A stretch of 64,000 nucleotides of DNA from Amoebidium appalachense (GCA_963693365.1 CAVNZM010000007.1:4585962-4649961), one strand, 5' to 3'; shown: positions 24,520-45,318, counted from the stretch's first letter. Numbers and translations are program-made. Notes: a model not told the origin generated them from the sequence alone.

Positions 24520-25617
24520 AGCGCCTCCTCCCCCCCCCCCCCCCCCTCCTCCTCCTCTCCCCTCCTCCTCTCCTCCCCCCCTGCCAGACTTGGGGCAGCC
24601 CGTCCCCAGTCTCCCAACAGCCACACCCACACGTCCACACTCTGGCACGTATTTCACAGGTACCTGCACACACACGAGGTGCACTAGCCAGTGATGCACA
24701 TGGACATGCAGATTCACTCACCCACACTCTCAGACTGTCCACACACACACAGTTCCCTCCCCACACACCCGCACAGGAACACTGCATGGTTAGCACGATA
24801 ACATTGCCCCCGATGATTTATTTAGTAATAGATAGCCTAACATATACAGGTTCATAACTGGGGTCATTCAAAGGCGAGAGAGAGTTGTTGGCCTTTGCAC
24901 ACGGATGGGGAGGGGGGGGGGGCACCCACCCCTAACCGGTTATCCTGGGGAGAGTTGGGGGGGCGGGGAGGGGGGGGGGGGGGGGGGGGGGGGGGGAGCC
25001 AACTGCACCACGAGCAAGTGGTCCCCCCCCTCCCCCCCCCCCCCCCCCGGCCCCGGGAGCAGCCTAACCTGGTTGTTGTATAAAGAGCCCAAGAAGAAAA
25101 TGTCGTCTTCCAGATGCTTTTATTGCATGGTGTCCCCTCCCGGCCACAAGTTGTTCATCTGAATACTGGTTGGCCCCTGCAATATGAACCCATGCTATTG
25201 AATAGCCAAGAAACGTGGCCTGCATGGTCATACTGATGGCCTATTGGCCCATCTAGACCGTGCACGTGCAGGCATGTGGGCCCACACTGGGTGGCCTCGT
25301 GGCCACATCATGGCTGCACGTGTGCATGTGAGAGCTATAAGTGTGGGTGTGGGTGGCTGCACCGAGATAGCCTAAGTACTTTAGATAGTTGACAGATGCT
25401 GATGGGTGTGAAATATGACCTTCTTTTGACAGTTGAAAACATCATTTTCTGCCGGCCGGCAGGGCTGCAAAATGCAGCTGCCCAACCCTGCAATGTGTTG
25501 TCCAATTGTGATGCAGCATTGCTGTGGTACTTTGGCCATGGCTGCAACCATCATGACATGCTCCTTTGCAAAGACAAGCTTGTTTTTTTTTGGTATGTGA
25601 GGGGATGGGAGAAGGGG

Positions 25618-25671
<54 letters not shown>

Positions 25672-26005
25672 CCCTCCCTCCCTCCTCCTCCTCCTCCTCC
25701 CCCGGGTCACTTGCATTTCTTGGCATTTATACGTTCTCTCTCACACCCCGTACAAGCTGCCCCATATACATACACGTACACACACACATACCGCCGGGAT
25801 CCCCATGTATACGCGTGCGTGACTCTTGGTTCAAAAAGCACCTATGTGCACATGAACGGTCTGATTTGGATGAAACGGTGCTACATGCACAGGGTCACAC
25901 GTGCATGGTCCCGGCTGAGGTTTGACTTTGGCATATGTGCATGATGCAAAAGCCAAACAATCCTAAGGGCCTAGACGGCACACTGACACCATCCAAGCTG
26001 ATGGA

Positions 26006-26252
26006 TGGCCTCTGGCTGTCTTCATGGTGTGCTGGGAGGAATATATGTGGGCTTCTGGCTGTATATATTCATGGTGTGCTGGGAGGAATATGTCGGCCTC
26101 TGGCTGTATTCATGGTGTGCTGGGAGGAATATTTGTGGGCCTCTGGCTGTATTCATGGTGTGCTGGGAGGAATATGTCGGCCTCTGGCTGTATTCATGGT
26201 GTGCTGTGAGGAATATATGTGGGCCTCTGGCTGTATTCATGGTGTGCTGGAA
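26006..26252. repeat. ~41-43-bp tandem repeat x5
   Basis: TTCATGGTGTGCTGGGAGGAATATGTCGGCCTCTGGCTGTA units. Confidence 0.9.
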
Positions 26253-26935
26253 GGGACGTGCAGTACAAGTAAACATACATGCCGCCCTGATGTCTCTGTC
26301 TGTTGCACTGCCTAACGACATACTGGCAGCATGGCTGTAGGCTGTAGTTTCAAGTTTCTTTTCCTGATCAGGAGGGGAGACGAGGAGGAGGGGAGGGAGG
26401 GGGGAAGGAGGGATGGGGAAGGTGCGGAGAGATAAGCCTTTAATACGAAGCGAACAGAATCACCAGTAAGGCGGCAGTAGACATCGCATTGTGACACGCA
26501 CGTACGAAGACATGCTCCACTACAAACGCCGGTCATAGCAAGACATGCACAGTCAAACACCACCATGCCCCATCACCCCAGGCAGTTTTCAAAGGCTGCA
26601 AGCATATCCGAGCTTTAAGCTGTGGCCTGGTGCAAGACCTCACCACCGACCTCACCACCACCCCGTCCACCTCAGTGGCGTTAAGAACTCAGGCGGTGTG
26701 ATTGTTCCCACCGTCCATACAGGGTAACTCCCCCCCCAAGGGGCAGGGAAATGAGAGAGAGCCAAAAAAAAAAAAAAAAAGAAAAAAAAGCACGAGACCA
26801 CTGACACATATGAGGCCACCCAGCCAGTGGCACCCTGCCCAAGCACACGCAGGCACCTCGACCCTCCCAGCAAGCAGCTGCGCCTGTGGCTGTAGAGGCA
26901 GACACAGGCGCAGGGTTGATAGCAAACACAGGGCA

Positions 26936-27072
26936 CAGGGTGGCTAGGCACACATACAAGCAGGGTGGCTAGGCACACATACAAGCAGGGTGGCTAGGCA
27001 CACATACAAGCGGGGTGGCTAGGCACACATACAAGCAGGGTGGCTAGGCACACATACAAGCAGGGTGGCTAG
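26936..27072. repeat. 25-bp tandem repeat x5
   Basis: Unit CAGGGTGGCTAGGCACACATACAAG. Confidence 0.9.
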
Positions 27073-27404
27073 ACGCATGCAGAGCAGGCACGGGGGCATA
27101 GCTACTGTTCAACAAAAGCAGAAATACTTGAACACGAAAACACAGGACATTTCAAAAGCCGACTCCTAGATTACAGTTTAGGCGCAGGACCACCACACTG
27201 GGCATTTCCTGGTAATGTTAGCAATGTGCACCTTAGAGGGTGGCAACCGTGTGGAAACAAGAACAGTGAAAAACCTCACCCAGGCGGGGCAGGGCAGGGG
27301 GAAGGGGTGGTGGTGCGACAGGACTCGAACTAGCGTGTTTTTATTGACCTTCAAGCATACGTGCCACCCACCCACCCTCCCCAGCCCACCCCCACCCACC
27401 CGGG

Positions 27405-28287
27405 CTAGCGCACCAGGGGGCTCTGCTTCAGCTGCAGCAGGATGCCGCGCAGACGGGAGGTGTCCCGCTGGCCCTTTGCGGTCTTGGGGTTGAAGTCGCA
27501 CATACTGCACACAGTCTCCCAATCCGCAGCCACCGCAACCTCGGCCGGTGCCACGTCCTTCTGTGCGTCCCTGTGTGGCCCCACTATTAGTCCCACCTCC
27601 CCCCCCCCCCCCCCCCCCCCTTCTCTTCCCAACCCCCTCCCCCCCTGCACGCACTTGTTTGCAGCGCGCTGTGCCAGCTTCTGCTCGTCGTAGTTGCGGT
27701 ATAAGGTGGCCAGGTCGTCCTGTGCCTTGGCCTTGAGCGCAGCCAGCCCCTGTGCGCTCTGTGCGTCCTTCTCCGCCAGCCGTGCTGCCTGCTCGTCCCG
27801 CCACACCCTGCCCCACCCCCTTAGCCTCCCAGCCAGCCCCTGCAAGTGCGTGCGCGCCCCAGGGCCTACCTCAGGGCCTCGGGCTCGCCCATCTGTGTGT
27901 CTACGGACGATATGGCTGCATACGGGTCGCTGGACTCGGGCGGGGGTGGAGGCATAAAGTCTGCGTCGTGGCCGGCCCCGTCAAAGCTGCCGCCCTGCTG
28001 CCAGTCGTCCAGTCCGCCCTGTGCCGTGCCAAAGCTCTCGTCGCCAAACGGGTTGCTGGCGGCCCCATCGTTCGACCCAAACGCCCCGGTGTCGTTCTCA
28101 AACCCGCTAAAGGCACCCTGCACCCACAGTCAGCCACACACCCTCCCCACATGCCCTGCCACCTCTGCCTACGTGCCTGCGCCGGCGGCCGGCCCAGGGC
28201 GGCCATGTGCTCCTGCTCCTGCTGCAGGAATGCGCGCGTGGCCTCGTCCATGTCCTCCTTCTCGCCGATAATCTCAAACTCCGCCAT
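27405..28287 (-). CDS. CLC: clathrin light chain, 4 exons
   Basis: Acidic N-terminus (AFLQQEQEHMAAL), EPEAL|RVWRDEQAARLAEKD coiled coil, and C-terminal WETVCSMCDFNPK...RDTSRLRGILLQLKQSPLVR*, resembling animal CLTA/CLTB. AATAAA lies ~60 nt past the stop. Confidence 0.92.
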
Positions 28288-28943
28288 GTTGCCTGTGTGT
28301 GTCTATCTGTAGTGTCTATTTCGTTTCCCCTTTGTGCCTGCACACTGCCACAGGTGCAAAAAAAAAGCGACAGGGCTGCGATGGTTTTTTGTCCTGCGCG
28401 CTGATTGGCTCTAGCAGTCACACTAACAACGCATTCCTGCCGAGCCCGGCAAACAAAAATCACCGTGTGGCGGTTAGTGATGCACAGCGCTCAGTTCAAA
28501 GCTCGGCATTCCGTGCATTCGTGTGTGTGCCCTGCGAGGTGACACTGAAGGGACACTAATGTTTGGGCCCGAGGCGAGGGCCCAAACTTATTCACATCCA
28601 CACTGCCATTGGCGTGCCGGAGAGGGCCCGAGGTCACTCACTCATCCGAAGTTCGCACATGGCATGGCCAATGAACCCCATTCCCCCCCCCCTAGGCCTC
28701 GGCCTCCCTCCCGTTCCCTTCTTCTGCCCCCACAGAAGGCTTCAAGCTCATACTTAGCCAGTACCATGGCCAAACACAGAAGCTTGAGCTCAGTAAGAGC
28801 ACCCTAAGTTGATCCCAAGGCCAGCCTTGGCACTTGTGTCTTTCGTGGATTCGTGAAGGTGAATTCGTGAACATGTACATGGGAGGCCGGAGGGCGGGTG
28901 GGGGGAGTTCGAGGGGTGGGTGGGTGGTGGTGGTGGTGGTGGT

Positions 28944-28980
<37 letters not shown>

Positions 28981-29686
28981 GGAGGAGACCGGGAGTACTT
29001 GATTGTGTGCAAGCCGTGCGAGTAATATGGCAGGAAGTATTGTGAGTGGGCGAGAAAGCTTGAAATGGAGATCTGTGAGAAAATAATATGGCAGACCGGG
29101 TCTGTCGAGTTCCAGTGGAGGCTGTGAGGCAGCTGACGGGCTTATTATGGCCTTGTGATTAACGGGGGGGGGTGGGGTGGGGGGGTGGGTGGGTAGTAGC
29201 TGCACTTGTGGAAAGGCAGGGTTCGGCCCTTTAACTCGAACAGGAAGGGGGGGGGGGCGGGGGGAAACTAAGTACTGCCGACATGCTTGAAAATTGGATA
29301 GTAACCCCCTGTAGGAAAATCAGGCTAAAAAAATAAAATAAGCCCCCCAAGTTCCAAATTCAGCACGCTGCTGTGGAATAGAGACAGAAATATATGGTCG
29401 AGGATTGCGGTTTTATTTAGGACAGCGCATTGATAGGATAAGTCTTAAGCTACGGAAATTTCAACAATTCCAGACGGAGATAACTGGATGAAATATGACC
29501 GAGATAGCCAGTGAGACACATGGGGCTGTGAGGGCAGACCACTGTGCGCTTGCACCATGGCCCCAGGGCGCCCATCAATCCGTCAGCCCCCCTCCAGTGC
29601 AGCCCCCTGTATTGCCCCTCACGGCCTGCACGGGCCTGGGCCGGCCACCCCCCCCCCACCCCCCCCCCCAGGCTGGCATTAGGCAG

Positions 29687-29961
29687 CTACAGGGCCAGCC
29701 TGTGCCTGTTTGCAGGGGGGCTGGCAGGCAGGGCCAGGCAGTGCATTGCCCTTGGGCTGGGCACGTAGTCGGGATCCAGCAGGGGGTTGTCGGCCTCGCT
29801 GCCGCTGCTCTCACTCCACCAGTCCTCGGCCCACTGCCCGCCACTCAGCACAACACAAATAACCAGCACCAGGCACAAACAACACCACCACACATGCACA
29901 CTCACCTGGGTGGCGGGTGCCTTTGCTGTTTGCTTCTTCTTGGGCCCCCTGCATGTGCTGT

Positions 29962-29997
<36 letters not shown>

Positions 29998-30002
29998 ACG
30001 TG

Positions 30003-30035
<33 letters not shown>

Positions 30036-33000
30036 CACACAGGGGGCCACCTACTGGGCGGCCAGCAGTCTCTGTGCCTCCTCCAGCTGCTCGGCCAGTT
30101 CTCTTGCCTGCTGCTCGCTCCTGCCCCTGCAGTCAGCCATCCCCCCCCCCCCCCCCCCCCCCACGTACCTTGCCAAGTGCCAGCCCCGTGCCTCGTACTT
30201 CCTCTTGAGGCGCTCATACTTGCTGGCCCCAACCTTTTCACACGTGCCCTGCGGCTGCAGACAACTGTCAGCTCACCACCATGGTGCCGTACCTGCGTGC
30301 CATGCACACACATGGAACACCGTGACCCATGCCCTTAGGCAGCCGGGCCACAAATGGAACACGGTAAACCATGCCCTTAGGCAGCCATTAAGAACACGGT
30401 AAACCATGCTCTTAGGCAGCCAGGCCACATATGGAACACGGTAAATCATGCCCTTAGGCAGCCAGGCCACATATGGAACACGGTAGACCATGCCCTTAGG
30501 CAACCAGGCCACACATGGAATACCGTGACCCATGCCCTTAGGCGGCCAGGCCGCTGTGTTCCATGCCGGCTGGCATCTTTTGGGGTGGGGATTTGATCTG
30601 CGCCCGCTACATTGTCTGAAACCCTCCTTCACCAACCCCTATGGAATCGGTCCAATTTAAACCCACTCTGCTCTCGCACCAGGACCCACTACAAGACCCA
30701 TCCCGTCACATGTGCTCGCACGCAGCAAGTGCACATCACACCCTAGTGATCAGGACACACCCTGCTACCAGGGCTAGCAACCGTTCATGGGCAGATAATA
30801 ATTACACAAATTCCCCCACAGAAACCCCCCCACAGCGCCCATACCTTCAAGTTCTCTTTGTCCTGGGTCCCCCCCTGGCTGCTGTGCGCTGGCAATGGTT
30901 AGCCTCCCCCCTCCCCCCGACCACGCACACTGAGGGGAGTTGCATGCCTCAAGGTGGCCAGCGGCCTGCGTTTCTGTTTGCTGCCATGCTGCTGCCCAGT
31001 CGGTCAGAGCCCTTCCCTCCTTCCGTGCAGCATGTGCCCCCCCCCCCCCCCCCCCCCCCCCCTCTTCTTCCTCCCTCCCCCACCTTTGCTGGCACTGTCG
31101 GCTCCCTTTGGCCCTTGTCTGTGTGGGGCTGGATCAGCACCCATCCCCCCCCAGCCTCAGGCCCACAGCCACCCACCAGCAGCACTATGCCGTGGTGCCC
31201 CCGTGGCCTGGCCCTGTGCGGCCGTGTGTGGCTGTGCAGGGCCGGCCTCGAGGGCGGCACAGCGCCTCTGCCAGTGCTCTGTTTCCCACCGGGCCTCTTT
31301 CAGGGCCTGCTGCAGTGCTGCCAGCTGCACCCTCAGTGCGTCCACATCGTCCCCAGCCCCCCCCTGGCCCCCCGCAGCCAGCTGGGCCCTCAGCGCCCTG
31401 TTTTCTTCTGCCAGTGCCTGCAGCTGCATTGTCTGGTTGGCTGTTTGCTCATCTACCTCCCCTTCCCCCCCAGCGGCCATGCACCTGACGACTGGCCTCT
31501 CCCCCACAGACGTACTGGATTCTGGGGGTCAGGTGTGTCTTGATGCACTGTGCCGTGCGGCCCAGGTCCAGGCTCTTGAGCATGTGCGGCATGGTGTTGC
31601 TGGCCTGGCTGGGCCTTGGCGCCACACACACCATGAACACCACCCGCCTGCATGCCCGCTTACTGTCTGCCCAGCCCTGACACCCCCTGGGGGGGGGGGG
31701 GGGGGGGGGCACATACACTCGGCCGCTGCAGAAGCGCTTCATCTCACGGGCCAGTTTGTCGTTGCTGGCCCCAAAGTCCACATGCTCGGGGCTGGCCGCC
31801 ACTGCCAGGCGCCTGCACGGACATCAGGGGATGCAGGGGGGGGGGGGGGGGTTTTGGTTGGGTTGCAGGGGGGACACGGACCTGAGGATGTCAGCAAAGT
31901 TGTGCAGCGACATGTTGATGTGCTTGCGCTCCCTGCCTACCTCAGCACACAGCCCCACAGTCGCCCCCTCCTGCAACACCCTACCTGTCACCACCGCCAT
32001 CCTCCCCCCCCCCCTCTATCCCCTTTATCCCCTTCTATCCCAAGGGGCCTACCGGCTCGGATCCAGCCAGATCCACCAGGCCCACCAGGCCCTCCGTGCG
32101 CTTGCCCGTGTCTGCCCTGCCCGTCAGCATGTGTGCCCCTGCATGTGGCCCAGCAGGCAGGGAGGGGGGAAGGACCGGGCTGGGTGGTGGTGACGTGCAG
32201 CAGGAAGAGGGCGTGGGACCGCGATGACCGCTGGTTGTTGTGTGTGCCGTCGGTCGTGCGCCGCCTGCTGGCCAGCCGGAACAGCCTGTGGCCCAGCTTG
32301 TACCCCCAACGGCCCCAAACACCCACCCCCCACCCGGCCACCCACCAGTCGGCCTCGTGTGCATTGTCGATGTGCGCTTTGCTGACGTTGGCCCGCCGCT
32401 CCACAAAGTGCTTGCCGGGCCCACCCCCCACCCTGTGGTCCCCGGCAACCCGCTCAGACCTGACCCTATGCCAGCCCTGGCCCTATCCCACCTGTGCTGC
32501 AGCTGTGGGCCTGGCCGTGCCTCGGCCTTTGCCTCTCTCTGGCCCAGCAGCTGGTGCTCGTGGTCCCTGTGGCCCCTGTCAGCAGGGAACACGCGGGAGG
32601 TTGGTGGGGGGGGGGGGGGGGGGGGGGGGGGATGGGTATGCGCACGGCAGCAGGTCGTAGAGTCTGTTTGCGTAGATCTCAAACGCCTCCAGACGCACAT
32701 CAGTGTGCAGGCCCTCTGTAGCCCCGGTCAGCACCCAGCCAGCCGGGGGTCTCCATCAAAAGCAGGCAGAAGCGCACCTTTGGCCAGGTCGGCCTTTCTC
32801 TGAAAGATGGCCTGCAGCATACGCGGGAAGAGCTCTGCAGCCCTGCTCAGCCCACATCCCTTCCTCCCCCCCCCCCCCCCCCAAAAAAAAAAAAGGGGGG
32901 GGGGGGGGACAAGAAAAAACAAAACACTACCACCATCCCTCCAGACAGGCACACATACCACCACACACACACACACACACACACACACCTCGAACGGTAA

Positions 33001-33537
33001 AGGTCTTTCCTGAGCCCGTCTGTGGGGGGGAAAGGTGGGGGTGAGGGTCAGTGCAGCTGCAAGCACCATGCCTATGGGTGGGGACAGGACCACGCACCAC
33101 GCCGTAGAGCATCAGGGCCGAGGCCAGGCCCTCGTATGCGTCGGCCACCATGGGGCCCACGGTGCAGCCGAATATCTCCTCCTGCCCCCCTGCCTGTCAG
33201 CACGGCCCAGCCCCAACCTGCACGAGCCCAGGCCTAGGGGCCACACCGTGGGGGCGCCTGGAGGTATCAGCAGGTCGGGCGCAAAGTGCTGCACGCGGCT
33301 GCCCTCGCTGTCGGTACTGCGGTGTTGCAGCACGTCCCCATGCACCTGCCCCCAGCCTCAGCCCCAGCCCCACACCACCCCCCGCCCCCTGCCCTCCCCC
33401 TCCTTCCCCTGCCTCTGCCCCCCCACCTCCAGCAACTCATTGCTATCGACATTGTCGCAGCGCAGCTCGGGCCGTAGCCGTGCGGCAAAGAGAACGCGGT
33501 TCTGCGTAGTCTCGCGCACGTGCACCTGTGTCTCCAT
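29687..33537 (-). CDS. divergent kinesin motor protein with coiled-coil tail, about 20 exons
   Basis: ARLRP, YGV|TGSGKTFT (P-loop), FEIYANRLYDLL, NQRSSRSHALF (switch I), LVDLAGSEP (switch II), HINMSL, MVCVAP, then QLQALAEENRALRAQL coiled coil. Kozak GCCGCCATGG. The 3' exon structure is less certain. Confidence 0.88.
30316..30563. repeat. 42-bp tandem repeat x~6 in a kinesin intron
   Basis: Unit CATGCCCTTAGGCAGCCAGGCCACATATGGAACACGGTAAAC. Confidence 0.88.
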
Positions 33538-33909
33538 GGCGGCATGGTCCAGGGTTCAGGTGCCGTGTTTACAGCTTGGCCACATGTAGGCCGTTCAGTG
33601 ATCATGACAGCCCGAGAGGGGCGGTCCATTCTGGGCGGTTATATGGCCGACTGAATTTTGAACGGGTCCGCGCAAAGCTACAGCCAATCAAAACCGTTGG
33701 TGTCGCCGATTGGCTCATTGTGCAAGGTCCTGGATCCCCCTAAACTTCACCTTTTGAGCCTTCTTGATGTGGGACGTGACGATTCGGCAGAGGCTCCAAC
33801 TTACAGAAATGTGTACTGTGACCCCCTTACAGAAATAGAAGACCCAGCTTATTCAGGTCGCATTTAGACCTCAGATGATTTCCAAACATTTCATTCGACC
33901 CTAAGCGAG

Positions 33910-33967
<58 letters not shown>

Positions 33968-34719
33968 CCCCTCCCTCCCTCCCTCCCCCCTCCCTCCCTC
34001 CCTCCCTCCCTCCCTCCCTCCCTCCCTCCCTCCCTCTCTCCCCCCCCCCAATCCCCCCCCTCTCCCTACCACCCCTGCCCCCCAGCCAACCTAGGCCTAT
34101 GCCGGATCTTTTTTTCATTTTTCTCTTTTTTCCCTGACAATCACCCTCAGAGTCTAGCTCCCGCCTCACACAGACCTCAGTCCCGAGAGTGAGCCCACCT
34201 TCCAACCGTTCCATGCATGGGGGGTGGTGACCAACAGGGTGCCAAAACATATTGGCCGCATCATGATAGTAGTTACTGCGGGATAGTGTGGTGTGGGTCC
34301 CCCTACACGCTCACTTTGTTTTACACTTGGCAGTGTCCACGCAATAAAAAGTGTGTAAACCCCTTTTACACAAGCGTCCTAGGAAAAAATGTGGGTTTTT
34401 CTTTTGGACGTCGAAACCGTAGCTGTGCCTATGTTACCCATTAGAGCCAAGTACATGTGGTGCTACCTAATATGATGAGGTCCGGATTGCGGTTGCGTGG
34501 CCATCATGATGGCATCGTTTTCATGGCCAAAACAAACACACGTGCACACGCCAAAGCTTTAAGTGCCGAAATATATGCACGACACAATCGTTCGAGTACA
34601 TACTGACAGCTGGCACCCCGGCACATAGCTTGCCCACACTGGACAAAACCATACAACTTGATCCTGTTAATCGGATGTGTCTTGGTTGGTTTGAAAAACA
34701 CAACCACAAAACTTCTACG

Positions 34720-35365
<646 letters not shown>

Positions 35366-36049
35366 AGTAACCAATATTGCTCGAATAACAACACTGATAA
35401 CAATGATTATGCCATGATCATGGCACACTTGGAAGGTCTAGAAAACCAAAAGTAAGCAAACAACACCAGACATTCATGTTCCACATGGCGCTGTGAGGTT
35501 ACCTACCAAAAGGCATTTAACCTACAGTTATTATTTATAAACGCATTTGGTAATCCCTGAGCCTGGCCTCCCCTGTGCCTTGACTCAACATGTTTAGTTG
35601 TAATGATGGGTGTGTTTGTATGTGACGTCCCGATTGCTTTTGTTGATACAGGTACATTTATTATCCGAGTACGGAACCACATGAACACTCCGGGTATCTG
35701 AGACCCTGCTTCATCGTGTATGTAACTAGTAGACGTATGGAAACGGTGCCTTGCGGCAAATCCACCAGAAACCCTTTCTGGGGTGTGAAGCTTTGGGTTT
35801 TATTGCATGCTATACGTTTTGCACATACGAATCAAACACCCGGCCAGCATGTCCAATACATATTAACCACATTTATTGTCATAATCACATGCATATCAAC
35901 TACATGTCCTGGACCACACACATTCACACAATTTGAGGTGCCCGATCATACATACATACTTTACTCTTTCATTCGAAATGGGGTACTTCTGTGTCAGAGT
36001 TCATGAAGCCAGAGCCAGCACGTACGTATATCTGTGCATGTGCACGTGC

Positions 36050-42317
<6,268 letters not shown>

Positions 42318-42798
42318 GTTGCGCTCGTGCGTGTACCTACGTGTCTGTTTGCCTTCGAATCAGGCCTGTGCCACTGAGTGTGCACGTGGATGTGTGCGTG
42401 ACTGTCCGTGGTGGAGCCTCGTTGGGATGAAAATGGAATTTCTACCCGGCCCCCTAGATCTTCCGGCCAGTCTGGGTGCTGGATCGACCAATCAGCTGCG
42501 CGCCTGGCACGCCTACTGTGGCCACAAAACGAGAACTACGTAAGGGGCCTTCCAGGAGCATCAGTCTATACTATGTGCACACAACGGCACAACTGAAACA
42601 CGTTGGTAACTCACTTGTTACGATAGTGCCTTACCGTCAGGTGGCACTTGCGCAGCAGGCAGGCAGACAGGCAGGCAAGCAGGCAACACGTACCAGCTAG
42701 TGTGCGGCCATCATTCTCTGCTCCGTTGGGCTTCGCAGAAACCAGCACGCTTTGCAATTGCAGCAGAGGCCCAGGAGGGCCCACAAGCACACAGTGAC

Positions 42799-44254
42799 AT
42801 GGCGCCAGCTGCGTGGGTGCGGCTGCGGGCGGCGCTGGTGTGGCACTTCAACACCAACCGGCAGGAGCGCTCGGCCGAGGAGGTGCGGCGCGAAGGGCTG
42901 CTGCTTGGCCGCCGTTCAACCGCTGGCTCATGGTGCCGGCAGCCATAGTTGTGCAGGCCTGTGTGGGCGAGTACTTTGCCTGGACCGTCTACAACGTGCC
43001 CATCGAGAGGCACCTGGGCGCCACCGAGGGCACTGCCGCCGTAACCATCTTCATCATGTATGTCTTTGTGGGCTTGTCAGCCGCCGCGTGCGGGCCCCTG
43101 GTTGACCGCAAGGGCCCGCGGCGGTCGCTGCAGGCGGGTGGGACGGTGATCTATGCGGGCCACATGGTGGCGGCCCTGGGCGTGCACCTGCGCAGCATGG
43201 GCCTTGTCTACTTCGGCTACGGCGTACTCGTGGGCCTGGGCACGGGCGTGGCGTTTCTGTGCCCCATCAGCCCGCTGCTCAAGTGGTTTCCCGAGCGCCG
43301 CGGGTTGATGGCCATGTTGGGGGTGGTGGGGTTCAATGTGGGCACCATCACGCTCAGTCTGCTGGAGGGCCTGCTGATACCCCACGTAGGGGTGTCGTGG
43401 ACGCTGGGCGTGCTGGGCACGGCCTGCTACCTCCTGTTCCTGGCCAGCTCGCTCGTGCTGCGCACGCCACCGCCTGGCTGGTCACCGGGCCTCCCGCCCC
43501 CAGCTCCCCAAACCGCCTCCAGCGCGTGGGACACAGAGAAGGCCAAGGTCGGGGCAGACACGGCGCTGCCCCCCGACTCCACGGCGGCAGACATAGGCCC
43601 GAGCCCAGCCCCGGCAGCCCCGGCCGACACTGAGTGGACGCTGCTGCAGAGCCTGCGCACGCGGGCATACGCCTGCACGTACTTCATGTTTGTGGCCGTG
43701 CACGTGCCCCCCTTCCTGCTGTCGGCAAAGCTGGCCGACATGTGCGTGCTGCAGTTTGGCGTGTCGCAGGGCACGGCCTCCTTGGTGGTGGCCGGCTATG
43801 CGGCCATAGGCATAGTGGGCCGCCTGGTGTCCGGCACCACCTCCGACCGCCTGGGCCGCCGCAACTTCTACCTTGCGTCTCTGGGTGTGCAGGGGGTGTG
43901 CCTGCTGACCCTGCCCACGGTGTTTTCCCGCGGCCTGTTTGGGGTCTTTGTGGTGCTGGTCATGGCCATGGGCGTAGTGAACATTGGCGCCACACTGGCT
44001 GCTGGGTTCCTGGCCGACCTATTCGGGCCCGTGCACGTAGCTGGGCTGTATGGGTTCCTGCTGACGGCTGCACCCACGTGTGTTGGGGTGATTGGCGGCA
44101 CGGTGTTTGCCAGCATCTACAAGGCCCAGGCGGCCACACAGACGGGCCGGGAGTCTACAACATCAACTTCTACTGGATGGCTGCCCTGGCCTTTGTTGGC
44201 TTTGCCGTCACCCTGCTGATCAAAAAGCCAACCAGACATGTCCTTGCACTGTGA
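42799..44254 (+). CDS. intronless MFS transporter (oxalate:formate antiporter / MCT-like) with two apparent frameshifts (~42913, ~44140-44148); possible pseudogene or assembly error
   Basis: FNRWLMVPAAIVVQACVG..AW, GPLVDRKGPR (motif A), YFGYGVLVGLGTG, KWFPERRGL, SDRLGRR, LADLFG, YGFLLT. The N-terminus MAPAAW...REGLLLG and the last TM (YNINFYWMAALAFVGFAVTLLIK) lie in other frames. Confidence 0.85.
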
Positions 44255-45032
44255 GCACCCTGTGAAGTTTGTACTTGAGTGGGCCTGGAGGCTATCTGGT
44301 GGTGGACTGGATGTACTGTGTGCACAGTCCCCATGGTTGTAGTGGGCCCTGGCCCTGCATGTATCTATGTGTCGAATGGTAGCATGAAGTCACTTACTGC
44401 TTGGCATGAGGGGTGGCAAACATAATTTTGGTGTTAGCATATGGTCCAACATGTGTGCCAGAATGATGTTGCCTCGGCATGTGTGTGCCATAGAGAAAGC
44501 CGGATGCATGGTACTACAACACGAAATATTTTGGCTTTGCCTGCTTTCTCGCCCGTTACATAAAATTCACCCAAGCAGGCAATCATTTGAATAAATCCAA
44601 CATATGATCATGACCGAGATTAGGCAAGAGCCTGGGGCATTCCTGATTCACAGACCCTCGATCCCCATTGCAACCAAGCACAACATACATGTACACACTC
44701 ACACACACACACGTTGTGAGCGTAATCGTGCTCAACCAAGCTCAGCCAAATCAAGATCAAGATCCTCAGAGCAGTCCACTGCATTGTGACTTGCTAGGCT
44801 CCGAACGTTCGAGTTCCAACTTGAGCACAAACACTCGTTCGTATGCGGCTGTAAAGAGAGCAGCTGGTGACTGCAAGGCAAAACGGTTGCAGTTCTGAAC
44901 AGCCCGACAAGGCTATGCTTTGCATGATAGTGTGACAGATAGAGAGAGTATGTAGGGGCGGTCGATTGCCCACTGGACTGCTTAGGCCCTGGCCTCAGCT
45001 CAGCTGACGAAGATCTAGACGAGCTGCTAAGT

Positions 45033-45318
45033 CTATGACACACTGCCGAGGTTATAACACACTGATACACAGTCTGCTGAGGTTATGACACACTGGTACA
45101 CAGTCTGCTGAGGTTATGACACACTGGTACACAGTCTGCTGAGGTTATGACACTGGCACACAGTCTGCTCAGGTTATGACACATTGGTCTGTATAGTCTA
45201 CTGAGGTTATGACACATTGGTCTATATAGAATCTGCCTGGCGGAGGTTATAACACACTGGTACACAGTCTGCTGAGGTTATGACACACTGGTACACCTAC
45301 CACCTACTGAGGCGGTGT

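Noticed and set aside
27305-27340. tRNA-like GTTCGAGTCC...CCA on the minus strand
   Set aside because: The T-stem cannot pair and there is no D or anticodon arm; it lies in the CLC 3' region.
30954-32660. 568-aa plus-strand ORF
   Set aside because: Antisense shadow of the GC-rich kinesin exons and introns; no domain.
34472-34610. C/D-box snoRNA candidate (ATGATGA)
   Set aside because: No terminal stem and no suitably placed D box.
45000-45030. Hammerhead ribozyme core (CTGACGA)
   Set aside because: No downstream GAAA or stem II; other CTGANGA hits also lack the full core.
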